From the sequence record SRR22947725_4838: a stretch of DNA of 36,940 nucleotides; one strand, written 5' to 3'. Positions 26,434 to 36,513 of this stretch are shown here, one piece after another. Position 1 is the first letter of the stretch; the number at the start of each line of letters is the position of its first letter. Below the pieces are notes generated by a model. That model made no database searches. It saw only the letters and a list, made by a program, of their open reading frames with translations, and had not been told where the DNA came from. The translations under genes and the position numbers were made by a program.

Positions 26434-26697
26434 CAAAAACATATCAGAATGTCATCGTTCTTTTCGATGGGCAGCCTGTGGAGGGTAAAGAAAAAAGTAT
26501 AAGCTTCATGGATGACTTGAACCCAGACGCCACTCGATCAATTCCTTTGAATAAAAATACTGAGCGTGTAAAAAATGGTCATCAAAAGGAATATCACCCC
26601 TTCAATGAATCCTTTGATGTGGGGTTTCCGGGGGAGGGATGATCAAATCTCGGATTGATCAGTAAATCCTGTGATCTCTCTATGGGGTATCTTGTGT

Positions 26698-27051
26698 ATG
26701 CGTTCGACATCCAATCAATCGATTATCATTGCTGCGATCATTACAATGATAGTCAGCCTGTCTCTGTGGTTAGGTGGATTATCGGGTTGGTTGGCCTATC
26801 TGGCATCGATCAACATCGTATGCTTTGGGTTCTATGGAGAAGATAAGTATCGTGCAATCAAGCAGAAATCGCGCACACCTGAAGGAACGCTGCACCTCAT
26901 GGCACTTACAGGTGGGGTGTTAGGCGCAAGATTAGGACAAAAAGTTTTTCGTCACAAAACGTTGAAGGGCTCTTTTCAACGGGTCTTTTGGTTCATTGTC
27001 TTCTTACAGGCAATGGTCGTCCTTGCATGGTACTATTTAAAATACCAATAG
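26698..27051 (+). CDS. DUF1294 family membrane protein
   Basis: YGEDKYRAIK...RTPEGTLHLMALTGGVLGA...FRHKTLKGSF. Confidence 0.9.
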   Translation: MRSTSNQSIIIAAIITMIVSLSLWLGGLSGWLAYLASINIVCFGFYGEDKYRAIKQKSRTPEGTLHLMALTGGVLGARLGQKVFRHKTLKGSFQRVFWFIVFLQAMVVLAWYYLKYQ

Positions 27052-27141
27052 TCATATCACCAAAAAAACAGAGACCTGAACTTGTCTGAATGCCATGGGT
27101 TTGGTAAGCCTTTTGCCCTTTTCATATATTAAAAAAATTCG

Positions 27142-29412
27142 ATGAGTGGACCATTGACATATATTTGCAACCGGCGGCTGAGGGTGTTCCTTGCAATGAT
27201 GTCGCTTGGGTTCTGTGTGGCCGGACCGATCGTTGTTTTTTCTGATCAATCGAACGCTATAACGACAAACTCAGCATCCACTGCTCAGGTCCGTACTGAA
27301 CCAGAAGGAAAACCTTCACTGCGCGCCATTCGTGTGCAAAAAGGCCCAGAAATCGACGGTAGACTTGATGAGGCATTATGGAAGGAGGCTCCAGCTGCAG
27401 GCCCCCTGTGGCAATACGATCCCTTGCCTGGTGTTGAAATGTCTGAACGCACTGAATTCCGCATCGTTTATGACGACCAGAATATTTACATCGGGATTTG
27501 GTGTTTCGATTCCGAGCCTGACAAAATCAACGCGCGTGTGATGCAAAGGGACAACCGGTCCATTTTCAGCGATGATTATCTTTACATGGCTTTTGATACG
27601 TTTCATGACCACCGCAATGGCTATATCTTTGTCACCAATCCCAATGGAGCAAGATACGATCAAATCGTCAGCAATAACATTTTTCTCAATTCAAATTGGG
27701 ATGGAGTCTGGCGTGCTGCTAGTTCAGTTGATAAGGAGGGATGGAAAGCCGAGCTTGCCATCCCTTTCAAATCTTTGAGCTTTGATCCGCGAAAAGACGT
27801 CTGGGGATTCAACATCAGTCGCTCCATTTCCAGAAAAGTGGAAAGAGGACGTTGGACTGGGGCTAGACCACATTTACACACCTTTCATGTCAGTCAAGCC
27901 GGAGACATCCTGGGACTCACGGGATTGAAACAGGGACTCGGCATCGAAATTTCCCCATACGCTCTGGCCCGAATGAGTCGCGCCGAGCAGGATACCGATA
28001 TGACGGGTGATTTCGGCACTGATGCTCGATATCGAATCACACCCAAGCTAAGCGCCACTTTAAGCTACAATACGGATTTCGCAGAAACGGAAGTTGATCA
28101 ACGGCAATTGAACTTTACGCGCTTCCCTCTCTTTTTCCCGGAGAGACGTGCCTTCTTTCTCGAGGACAGCGGAGTTTTTGAATACGGAGGACTGCCAGTG
28201 ACAGGTCGAAGCACCGGCCTGGGAAAGCCTGTCATTCCTTTTTTCACAAGACGCATAGGGCGCGATAATAACGGAGAAACCGTCCCTTTGCTGATTGCCG
28301 CTAAAATGGCTGGAAGGGCAGGAAAATACAGCATGGGTTTCACCGACGCCGTTTTGGAAGATCACAACGGCCTGGGTGTTCAGAATGTTTTCGCCGGTCG
28401 TGTGGCCCGGGATGTATGGGAACAATCGAGTGTCGGGGTGATCACCACCATGGGGGATCCGAATTCAGCCAACGACAATTTCCTGGTCGGACCAGATTTC
28501 AGGTATCGCACATCGGAATTCTTGAATGGAAAGACATTTGAAGCAAATGTCTTCGCGCTGAGCACGAATACAGACGGCCCCTCAGAGGACTCTGGATTTT
28601 CCTACGGAACTTCCCTGGCTTATCCAAATGATCTGTTTCGAGCCAACGCCCAGTTCATTGAGGTGTCAGATGCATTTGATCCTGCCTTGGGATTTGTTCA
28701 ACGAAAAAATGTGAGAGGTTATTATACTTACGGGAGTTGGAACCCCCGCCCCACATCCGTTCCTTGGTTAAGGCAATACCACATTGCATACCGAACAGAA
28801 CATTACACCGATCGATCCAACATACTTGAAACAGCCGAACATCGCATCACTCCCCTCTGGCTGGAATTTAATTCCGGAGACGAGATTTTTGTGAGCTACA
28901 TCCGTGAGTTTGATGGCCCTGATAACGATTTTACTATCCTGAAAGATCTGACCATTCCAGCCGGGGATTATTGGTGGAACCAATATAGGATAGGCATTGA
29001 TTTTGCCAGCCGCCGAAAAGTATCGGGAGAACTCAGCGCATCTTACGGCGATTTTTATTTTGGAGACCGCTGGCGCGTGGGAGCGGAGGCGACTTATTAC
29101 CCATGGAAACGTTTAGGACTTAGCTTAGATTATGCCTACAACCATGTCAGCTTCCCCCTGGGAGTCGCCGATGCCCATATCGGCGCTGGCCGGGCGCTGA
29201 TCAATTTTACAACGAATCTTGTATGGGCACACCTGGTTCAGTACGACAGCCTCTCGGAATCCGTGGGTTATAATAGTCGATTGATCTGGGAATACCGCCC
29301 TGGTTCAAAATTATTCGCCGTTTTCAACCAGAATTATCTGGCTGAAAATTTAACCCTGACATTGCGTCAGACAGAGGTGACCTTGAAAGCAGGAGCGATT
29401 TTTCGATTCTGA
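27142..29412 (+). CDS. Carbohydrate-binding family 9-like domain + DUF5916 protein, probably outer membrane
   Basis: PEIDGRLDEALW, TEFRIVYDD, GWKAELAIPFKSL, WGFN and NTDFAETEVD...RFPLFFPERRAFFLE. Ends in the beta-signal-like KAGAIFRF. Confidence 0.88.
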   Translation: MSGPLTYICNRRLRVFLAMMSLGFCVAGPIVVFSDQSNAITTNSASTAQVRTEPEGKPSLRAIRVQKGPEIDGRLDEALWKEAPAAGPLWQYDPLPGVEMSERTEFRIVYDDQNIYIGIWCFDSEPDKINARVMQRDNRSIFSDDYLYMAFDTFHDHRNGYIFVTNPNGARYDQIVSNNIFLNSNWDGVWRAASSVDKEGWKAELAIPFKSLSFDPRKDVWGFNISRSISRKVERGRWTGARPHLHTFHVSQAGDILGLTGLKQGLGIEISPYALARMSRAEQDTDMTGDFGTDARYRITPKLSATLSYNTDFAETEVDQRQLNFTRFPLFFPERRAFFLEDSGVFEYGGLPVTGRSTGLGKPVIPFFTRRIGRDNNGETVPLLIAAKMAGRAGKYSMGFTDAVLEDHNGLGVQNVFAGRVARDVWEQSSVGVITTMGDPNSANDNFLVGPDFRYRTSEFLNGKTFEANVFALSTNTDGPSEDSGFSYGTSLAYPNDLFRANAQFIEVSDAFDPALGFVQRKNVRGYYTYGSWNPRPTSVPWLRQYHIAYRTEHYTDRSNILETAEHRITPLWLEFNSGDEIFVSYIREFDGPDNDFTILKDLTIPAGDYWWNQYRIGIDFASRRKVSGELSASYGDFYFGDRWRVGAEATYYPWKRLGLSLDYAYNHVSFPLGVADAHIGAGRALINFTTNLVWAHLVQYDSLSESVGYNSRLIWEYRPGSKLFAVFNQNYLAENLTLTLRQTEVTLKAGAIFRF

Positions 29413-30327
29413 TCAGCGCACATGATCTTCTTCCATTCTCGGGAAACTGAGACTGGATCCTGGTTCGCCAGATAACACGGAAACAACTCAAGCACCTCTT
29501 CCATTCCGCCATCTGCGTAACAGTAATACCGAAAGGCTTCTGCTTCGCGTCAAAATGGAATACGACAAACCTCCATGTGTAACATCCTGTGTTGTGAAAG
29601 GCATCGCTAAGATGATTGTGCCATAAGTATGCTGTAATCAGCCAGGTTGGGCGTGGATGGTTCGTTTAGCTTTTCCCTGCATCGGTATCACCTTGGAATG
29701 GGAAGGTCTCAAATCCAATCTTCAGCCGACTAACCCCCTCAATGGATCGTGCTCGCGGATCATCACGACGCTTATTTTGACATGGATCATCGGTCAAGCC
29801 CTGTGACATTTACGTCATCATGCCATTCCCGAAGACGCGAGGATCACCTTTGATTCAATGATCTCCAGAATCTGACTGTTTCCAGGGCAATGCATATCAG
29901 CACATCTCCGTTACTTCTTCATGGATACTCAAAGAGAGCCGCTGATGCTTGGCAAGCAGGGACCGTTTAACGTCCAGGAATCAGTGCACATGCAGGTGTT
30001 TCATTCAAATTTCGCCCATATCAGGAAGTGGTAAATCCTGATGCTGATTTGGGAAATCAAAAAAAATTCCCATGCAGCACAAATCCCGGACAAGAGATCT
30101 GGAGTTAAAGGAAATTCTCCCAGGCGAAGCCAGGACAATATGGAAAGACAGGTAGGATTTCCCTCAAGATCAGGCGTCGCTTATTCCTGAGCTTGGATTA
30201 TTTTCTGCTCACGGTGCATTTACCGTTCATTACCGCCTGTGGATTCCCCTCGAAATTTAAACTCGCTCAACGAAGCAAAGGTCAGAACGCAGGCAATGTG
30301 TGGATCAGGGAAAATGACGGCGGCAAC

Positions 30328-31524
30328 TCAAGATTCAGCCTCTTCAACAGGCATTTCGAGGACGTTCCACGGAAGCCCACAAGCATTGAGATCCGTCATG
30401 AATGGATCTGGATCCAATTGCTCCATGTTGAACACGCCAGGCTTTCGCCATTGCCCTGACAAAATCTGCTTGGCGCCAATCATGGCGGGCACTCCGGTCG
30501 TGTAGGAAACAGCTTGCGATTTGACTTCCTCATAGCATGCCTGATGATCGCAGACATTGTAGATGAAAACGCGCCGACGCTTCCCGTCTTTGCTTCCGTC
30601 AACCAGGCAGCCGATGCATGTTTTCCCCTTGGTGCGAGGCCCCAATGAAGCTGGGTCAGGAAGCAAGGCTTTCAAAAACTGGAGAGGAACAATTTGCTGC
30701 CCTTGAAAATCCACTGGTTTGATGCCTGTCATTCCGACATTTTCGAGTACACGCAGATGTGTCAGATAGGACTCGCCAAAGGTCATCCAGAACCGAATGC
30801 GCTTGAGCCCTTTCAAGTGCAGCGCAAGGGATTCTAATTCTTCGTGATACATCAAATAAGCTCGACGCATTCCTACCTCGGGAAAATCAAAATCGCGTTT
30901 AACCGACAACGGAGGTGTCTCCTTCCAGTCTCCTTCTTCCCAATAGCGTCCTATGGAAGTGACTTCTCGTATGTTGATCTCTGGATTGAAATTGGTAGCG
31001 AATGGATATCCATGGTCGCCAGCATTACAATCCAGAATATCCACTTGTTCAATTTCATCGAAAAGATGCTTTTGAGCGTAAGCACAGAAGACATTGGTCA
31101 CTCCGGGATCAAAGCCGGAGCCAAGCAAAGCCATGCGTCCTGCTTTTTTAAATTTCTCCTGATAAGCCCATTGCCACTTATATTCAAATCGTGCTTCATC
31201 GGGTGGCTCATAATTAGCCGTGTCCAGATAATCTACATCGGCCTCAAGGCATGCATCCATAATCGCAAGATCTTGGTAAGGCAATGCGACGTTGATGACA
31301 AGATCAGGGCGAAAGCGTTTGATCAAATTTACTGTCTGACCGACTTCATCGGCATTGAGAGCAGCGGTCTGAATGGGGCAGTTTAGCTCAGAGGCAATTT
31401 GGTCACACTTGGATTGCGTACGACTTGCCAGGCAAATATCACTGAAAACATCCGGTAGTTGAGCGCATTTATGCGCCACCACTCGCCCTACTCCACCAGC
31501 CCCGATGATCAAAACTCTACTCAT
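30328..31524 (-). CDS. Carboxy(nor)spermidine dehydrogenase/synthase (saccharopine dehydrogenase family)
   Basis: LIIGAGGVG, NVALPYQDL, YLDTANYEP, GSGFDPGVTN, DCNAGDHG...FATNFNPEINIRE, YHEELESL and SQAVSYTTGVPAMIGA. Confidence 0.92.
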   Translation of the reverse strand: MSRVLIIGAGGVGRVVAHKCAQLPDVFSDICLASRTQSKCDQIASELNCPIQTAALNADEVGQTVNLIKRFRPDLVINVALPYQDLAIMDACLEADVDYLDTANYEPPDEARFEYKWQWAYQEKFKKAGRMALLGSGFDPGVTNVFCAYAQKHLFDEIEQVDILDCNAGDHGYPFATNFNPEINIREVTSIGRYWEEGDWKETPPLSVKRDFDFPEVGMRRAYLMYHEELESLALHLKGLKRIRFWMTFGESYLTHLRVLENVGMTGIKPVDFQGQQIVPLQFLKALLPDPASLGPRTKGKTCIGCLVDGSKDGKRRRVFIYNVCDHQACYEEVKSQAVSYTTGVPAMIGAKQILSGQWRKPGVFNMEQLDPDPFMTDLNACGLPWNVLEMPVEEAES

Positions 31525-31669
31525 GTCTCAGATTTCATACAACGAAAGCCCCTTTCATATCAATGATCTTAAACAGGAATGCGTTCATTCATTAAACCGG
31601 GCATTGTAAGCTGATTGACTATAAGCTAGGATGCAGGCAAGTGAGTGTTCTCACCAATCCAACAGGAAC

Positions 31670-32686
31670 ATGATTCGACTCAAGGATATAGCAAAAGCTG
31701 GAGGTGTGTCGGTGATGACAGTATCCAAAGTAATGAGGGATGCTCCCGATATTTCCGCGGCTACTAAGGAACGCATACGTCGTCTGGCAGAAGAGATGGG
31801 CTATGTTCCAGACGTCACGGCCAGAGGGTTGCGTAATCGTAAAACGAGACTTCTTGGACTGGTCATTTCTGCTGCTACAAACCCCATTTATGCTCGCGTC
31901 ATGATGGCCATCGAAGAACGAGCTTATCAAAGTGGCTACGATATCCTCTTTGCGCATTCATTGAATAATCCACAGCGGGAAGCAGCCTGCATCCGAAGGT
32001 TTCTCTCTCGTCGAGTCGATGGATTGTTTATTTCGCCGGTATACCGACTTGAAGAAAATGCCCCCATTTATCAGGAGATCCTTAAACACAAAACTCCTTG
32101 TGTGATTCTGGGACACCGAGCTCCATTCTGTGAAAGCTTTACCAACGTTGAGACCGACAGTCTTCAGGCATCCATGATGGCAACACAACATCTGATCGGA
32201 CTTGGCCATCGTCGCATTGCTTTTTTCTCCGGCCCATTGGCAGCTCCCTGGGCCAAAGATCGATTGGAGGGTTATCGCCTGGCATTACGGGAGGCCAGAA
32301 TCCCCTGGGACGACCATTTGGTTTTCCAGGCAGGAGGAACGGTACAAGAAGGAGCCCAGACGGCGGCACAAATGCTATCGGAACAAACAAACGCAACGGC
32401 ATTGCAGGCGGTTAATGATCTGGTAGCCATAGGCGCGGCCGGCCATTTGATGGATCAAGGTGTCCGCATCCCAGAAGATATTTCTGTGGTTGGGTTTGGT
32501 AACATTCTGACCAGTGAACATTTCCGGATACCCCTCACCACTGTCCGACAGCCAAAGTTGAGGCAAGGTGAGGTTGCCATGGACCTGATGGAAGGGTTAC
32601 TCCAAAACAAGACGATGGAATCAAAAGTGATTCCAGCGGAAATCGTCATACGATCGAGCACGAACAAACTCGATCTTGAGGGATGA
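31670..32686 (+). CDS. LacI family transcriptional regulator
   Basis: IRLKDIAKAGGVSVMTVSKV HTH, MGYVPD, RRVDGL, LGHRRIA, VRIPEDISVVGF and LTTVRQP. ATG 31670 is preceded by AGGAA. Confidence 0.95.
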   Translation: MIRLKDIAKAGGVSVMTVSKVMRDAPDISAATKERIRRLAEEMGYVPDVTARGLRNRKTRLLGLVISAATNPIYARVMMAIEERAYQSGYDILFAHSLNNPQREAACIRRFLSRRVDGLFISPVYRLEENAPIYQEILKHKTPCVILGHRAPFCESFTNVETDSLQASMMATQHLIGLGHRRIAFFSGPLAAPWAKDRLEGYRLALREARIPWDDHLVFQAGGTVQEGAQTAAQMLSEQTNATALQAVNDLVAIGAAGHLMDQGVRIPEDISVVGFGNILTSEHFRIPLTTVRQPKLRQGEVAMDLMEGLLQNKTMESKVIPAEIVIRSSTNKLDLEG

Positions 32687-32783
32687 CATCAAGATGCGGT
32701 CTAAAAAACAATAAATGCCCATACAGCGGCAAGATTGGGATAGTTGAGCCGACTTTAAACTCTTTCAATAGACTGCAATATCT

Positions 32784-34103
32784 GTGCAAGAATCCACGCA
32801 TCCTGCAGCACGTTCAAACAAATGCCTGATTTTTATGTATCATACACTGATAACGGGCCTAATGAGTTTTGCTTCCGTCGGGCATCACAGAGTGATGGGA
32901 AGCGACGATTTCCAGGGAGCCACGCACATGATGCCTTTCGAAGAAGATACGATCGGATATGGTGACCAGCACGACACCAGCTTGGTAGCGCGTCTCCAAG
33001 AGGCGATCGAAAAAGGAGAGGTTAACTTGGAATTCGTAGACGATGGGCGAGGTTATCTGTTGTCATTACTTGAGAAACTGAATATCCCTGTTGATTCTCA
33101 GGTTCTTGTTTTTTCCAAAACTTCATTCCAACGACATAAAATTTCCCCCTCTACACCGCGTGCGTTGTATTTTGATGACAATACCTACGTGGGATATGTT
33201 CAAGGCTCCGATCTCCTGGAAATTTCTGCAGTGGACAAAAGCCTCGGGGGCGTCTTTTACACTCTGGAGCAAAACCCTGGGAAAAAACCTGAATTCATAC
33301 GAACAGATCGATGCCTTGAGTGTCACGCTTCGTCTAAAACCATGGGGGTGCCGGGCCATTTGATTCGGTCTTTTGAAGTGGATGAGATTGGAGTAGTTGA
33401 CTTCATTTCAGGCACCAGCCAAGTCAATCATCGCACTCCGTTAAAAGATCGCTGGGGTGGCTGGTTTGTTACGGGACAACATGGCAACCAATTACATCGA
33501 GGTAACTTGTTTGGCAAAGCAGCTCATGAAAGACAGAAAAAATCCCCCAACTATCTCGGTAATCTAAAGGAACTAAAGCAGTTTTTCAATTTGTCGCCCT
33601 ACCCAAGAGCAACAAGTGATATAGCTGCCTTGATGGTTCTGGAACATCAGGGGCACATGCATAATTTCATCACGCGCATGCACTATGAAACAAAGCTCAT
33701 GTTGAGCACCTATGGTCACCTTCGTTATCTCAAACATAAAATCGATGCCTTTTTGAGATACATGCTTTTTGTTGATGAAGCACCTTTAAAGCATGCCATT
33801 CATTCCTCGTCCAGTTATGAAAAAGCCTTCAGGAACATGGGGCCTGAGGATTCTCATGAGCGTTCCTTGAGGGATTTTAATCTTGAAACAAGACTCTTCG
33901 AATACCCTTGCAGCTACCTCATCTACAGTGAGTCCTTTCAGTCCATGCCAGAAATGCTGAAGTCTAAAATTTATAACAAACTCTGGAAAATACTGACAGG
34001 GGAAAACAATCAGCCTGAATTTTCGAAATTGTCGATTGCTTCACGAAAAGCGATCCACAGCATACTCGAAGAAACACTTCCAGGGCTCCCCGAATATTGG
34101 TAG
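32784..34103 (+). CDS. Conserved hypothetical protein with a single CXXCH (putative c-type cytochrome)
   Basis: SQVLVFSKTSFQ...TPRALYF, CLECH, RWGGWFVTG, SDIAALMVLEHQ and RLFEYPCSYLIYS. The start may be ATG 32835. Confidence 0.75.
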   Translation: MQESTHPAARSNKCLIFMYHTLITGLMSFASVGHHRVMGSDDFQGATHMMPFEEDTIGYGDQHDTSLVARLQEAIEKGEVNLEFVDDGRGYLLSLLEKLNIPVDSQVLVFSKTSFQRHKISPSTPRALYFDDNTYVGYVQGSDLLEISAVDKSLGGVFYTLEQNPGKKPEFIRTDRCLECHASSKTMGVPGHLIRSFEVDEIGVVDFISGTSQVNHRTPLKDRWGGWFVTGQHGNQLHRGNLFGKAAHERQKKSPNYLGNLKELKQFFNLSPYPRATSDIAALMVLEHQGHMHNFITRMHYETKLMLSTYGHLRYLKHKIDAFLRYMLFVDEAPLKHAIHSSSSYEKAFRNMGPEDSHERSLRDFNLETRLFEYPCSYLIYSESFQSMPEMLKSKIYNKLWKILTGENNQPEFSKLSIASRKAIHSILEETLPGLPEYW

Positions 34104-34121
34104 TTTTCCAAGTCTACTATC

Positions 34122-34607
34122 ATGGAAGAAACACTCCCTAGCCTCGATTGCAAAATAGAGCATATCTTTATTTCAGAAGGTCATAATTACATCGGTCACC
34201 ACGGCAAACCACCTGGCTGCAACCAGATCATTGAAGTCAAAAAAATTGAATGCGTTGCAGGCAGGGGATTAACCGGAGACCGTTTTTTTGACCACAAGGA
34301 AAACTACAAAGGGCAAATCACATTTTTTGAAATGGAGATCTATGAAAAACTTTGCAATGAGCTCAATGAATCAGGAAAAGTCCCGTCCGATTTCCGTCGC
34401 AACGTCCTGACGCGGGGTGTTGATCTGAATCAGTGGATCGGAAAACAATTCAGTTTGCAAGGCATCAAGTTTGAAGGTGTGGAGGAATGCCGGCCCTGCT
34501 ATTGGATGAATCAAAGTTTTGGACCCGGAGCTGAACTCGCCCTAAGAAATCAAGGTGGCCTGCGAGCCCGCATCCTGAGCACTGGATCACTGCGAGTCAC
34601 TCTGTAG
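34122..34607 (+). CDS. MOSC domain protein (molybdenum cofactor sulfurase C-terminal-like)
   Basis: GRGLTGDRF, QITF, FRRNVLTRGVDLN, CRPCYWM and GGLRARILSTG. Confidence 0.9.
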   Translation: MEETLPSLDCKIEHIFISEGHNYIGHHGKPPGCNQIIEVKKIECVAGRGLTGDRFFDHKENYKGQITFFEMEIYEKLCNELNESGKVPSDFRRNVLTRGVDLNQWIGKQFSLQGIKFEGVEECRPCYWMNQSFGPGAELALRNQGGLRARILSTGSLRVTL

Positions 34608-35165
34608 GATTCAACAATAACGCATACATGAGCTTGGCTGCTGTCTTGGGTTGAACGTCAGCTCTACTCCCTCATTCTCTGTGCATGGAAAAGGGAAACC
34701 TTGCAAACACGAAACCCCCGACACTGCGGCAGTCCTGTGAGTCCAATCCTTGATAATTGAAACATGTATTGGCGATCTGAAAACCATCTCAGATGGAAGG
34801 CTGAGACAACAATGATCCCTCCAAACAGACCAAAACAGCTTTCAAAGAACATGAGCAATTTTTGTGCTGTGTGGTTTTGGACGAGCCGTATACCTGCCCC
34901 CATACTTAAAGCAACCCAAAGCCAAGTGAAAAATATAAGCTAACTCATTACATTACAATTGTTTACCGAACCTTATTTAATACCGAAAAAAAGCTTAACT
35001 GTTTTGAGAAATAAGCAGCTCAGCATGCGATGCTAAACAAAACGGAAAAAAATCAAAAAAAAACTTAAGTTCAAACTGTAACAATCCGATCGTTTAACAG
35101 GGGATGAAATAGACATTCATCTTTGAACAAGCGATAAATTTTAACAGCTGAAGATAAAAAGCACT

Positions 35166-35432
35166 GTGACTGAGCAAGCAGGACCACTACCTTTGTTGAT
35201 TTTAGCCAGTATTTTTCTGGCAGTCTGGAACATGGACCCCTTTTTCATTGAAGAGGGAGATGCCACCACCAGGAGTGAAGAACCGGTGAGCGCAAAGTAT
35301 TCAACGATCCAATCTGATCAAAAAACACGAGAAGATGGTGACTCTGGCTATGTTCTGCCCCGCTCAACAGCTTTCAAGACCGGTAATACGAATCAATTTC
35401 AACGAAAAGAGCAGCCTGTATCTTCTTTTTGA
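35166..35432 (+). CDS. Possible small hypothetical protein with one N-terminal TM segment
   Basis: GTG start, hydrophobic LPLLILASIFLAVW followed by a polar tail, and an AT-rich promoter-like region upstream. Confidence 0.4.
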   Translation: MTEQAGPLPLLILASIFLAVWNMDPFFIEEGDATTRSEEPVSAKYSTIQSDQKTREDGDSGYVLPRSTAFKTGNTNQFQRKEQPVSSF

Positions 35433-35460
35433 AGAAGGAAAAACACTGAAGAAACTTGGC

Positions 35461-35760
35461 CTATTCCTTGGTGTTATTTTTGGCTGAATCGGGCTTTTCC
35501 CTGTAGTAAACCGCTACATGCCCCACCCGAGTGACCAAATGACTTTGAGTCTGCTCAGCAATTTTAGGCGCTAACTCCTTCTTTTCCTCCTTGAACTCGA
35601 CGAATCGCACTTTCACAAGTTCATCTCGCTTCAGTGCAGCGTCAACTTCCTTCAAGAATCCGTCAGTTAAACCGTTTTTCCCTATTTTGATTGAAGCGTC
35701 CAGACGCTGAGCAATGGCTTTGAGCTTACGCCTTTTAGCGGATGTTAATGCATCACTCAT
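35461..35760 (-). CDS. yhbY: YhbY/CRM family RNA-binding protein
   Basis: LTSAKRRKLKAIAQRL, IKIGKNGLT, ELVKV and VTRVGHVAVYYR. ATGA overlap with the upstream methyltransferase. Confidence 0.92.
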   Translation of the reverse strand: MSDALTSAKRRKLKAIAQRLDASIKIGKNGLTDGFLKEVDAALKRDELVKVRFVEFKEEKKELAPKIAEQTQSHLVTRVGHVAVYYREKPDSAKNNTKE

Positions 35761-36362
35761 GGCTTTTCAAAAACATCAACTCTTGCTGGGGGGAAGTTCA
35801 TCCAAACAACGCGCGTGTTGCGGCGATGAAAAGCGGATAAAGCAGGATTTGGGCTCTTGCGTATGTCGTAAGTGAATTGAATGAATCGACCGCCGGATGG
35901 AAGAATTGACTGAGCTTCAGCAAGAATGGATTCAACCACCGGGGTAGGAAGTGACCTCAATGGAAGGCCAGAGACAATGCAAGCCACCGATGAGCTTTGG
36001 ATGCCATGATCATCTTCAAGCAGCTTTTTGAGTCTGGAGGCATCTCCCTGAATGACTTTGACCAAAGGAAATCGATTACGCAGGTGGCTGGACATGGCCT
36101 CTGATCGCTCGATAGAAACCAACTGCTTGCCATCGATTCCGCTTTTGAGCAGCTGCGTCGTGATAGCCCCTGTTCCTGCTCCAAGCTCAACAACATGCTG
36201 GCCTTCTTTGAGAACGGGAACTTGCATGGCCATGCGCATCCCCAAAATGGGGCCGCTTGGAGCAGCGGCACCAACAGGTGCCGGATTGGCAATGATTTCC
36301 TTAAAAAAAAGACCGATCGAAGCCAGTCCGGATGTGGGCGTATCCATCATCTTGCAATTCAT
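35757..36362 (-). CDS. Class I SAM-dependent methyltransferase, phospholipid N-methyltransferase (PmtA/OlsG-like)
   Basis: FFKEIIANPAPVGAAAPSG, VVELGAGTGAIT, IQGDA, IVSGLPL, GGRFIQFTY and VWMNFPPARV. Confidence 0.85.
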   Translation of the reverse strand: MNCKMMDTPTSGLASIGLFFKEIIANPAPVGAAAPSGPILGMRMAMQVPVLKEGQHVVELGAGTGAITTQLLKSGIDGKQLVSIERSEAMSSHLRNRFPLVKVIQGDASRLKKLLEDDHGIQSSSVACIVSGLPLRSLPTPVVESILAEAQSILPSGGRFIQFTYDIRKSPNPALSAFHRRNTRVVWMNFPPARVDVFEKP

Positions 36363-36513
36363 TAATATTCAAACTCCCTCTCAAAGAAAGTCTTTCTCGG
36401 CTACGAGCCGAGCAAACGAAAACGGACGCTAACATCCCCGGAGAGGGGTGTCAAAAAACTTCGGAATCTCGGATTGCCTCCAAGGCGCTGATTCATGCAG
36501 ATTAAAAGGAGTC

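Noticed and set aside
26430..26642. 70-codon open frame (VTKTYQNVIVLFDGQPVEG...) after the exported protein
   Set aside because: No convincing start or RBS and no recognisable family. It could be a remnant but I cannot support it.
34664..34948. Possible small membrane-protein gene or pseudogene on the minus strand
   Set aside because: Hydrophobic but short, with an in-frame stop right after the upstream ATG and no recognisable family.
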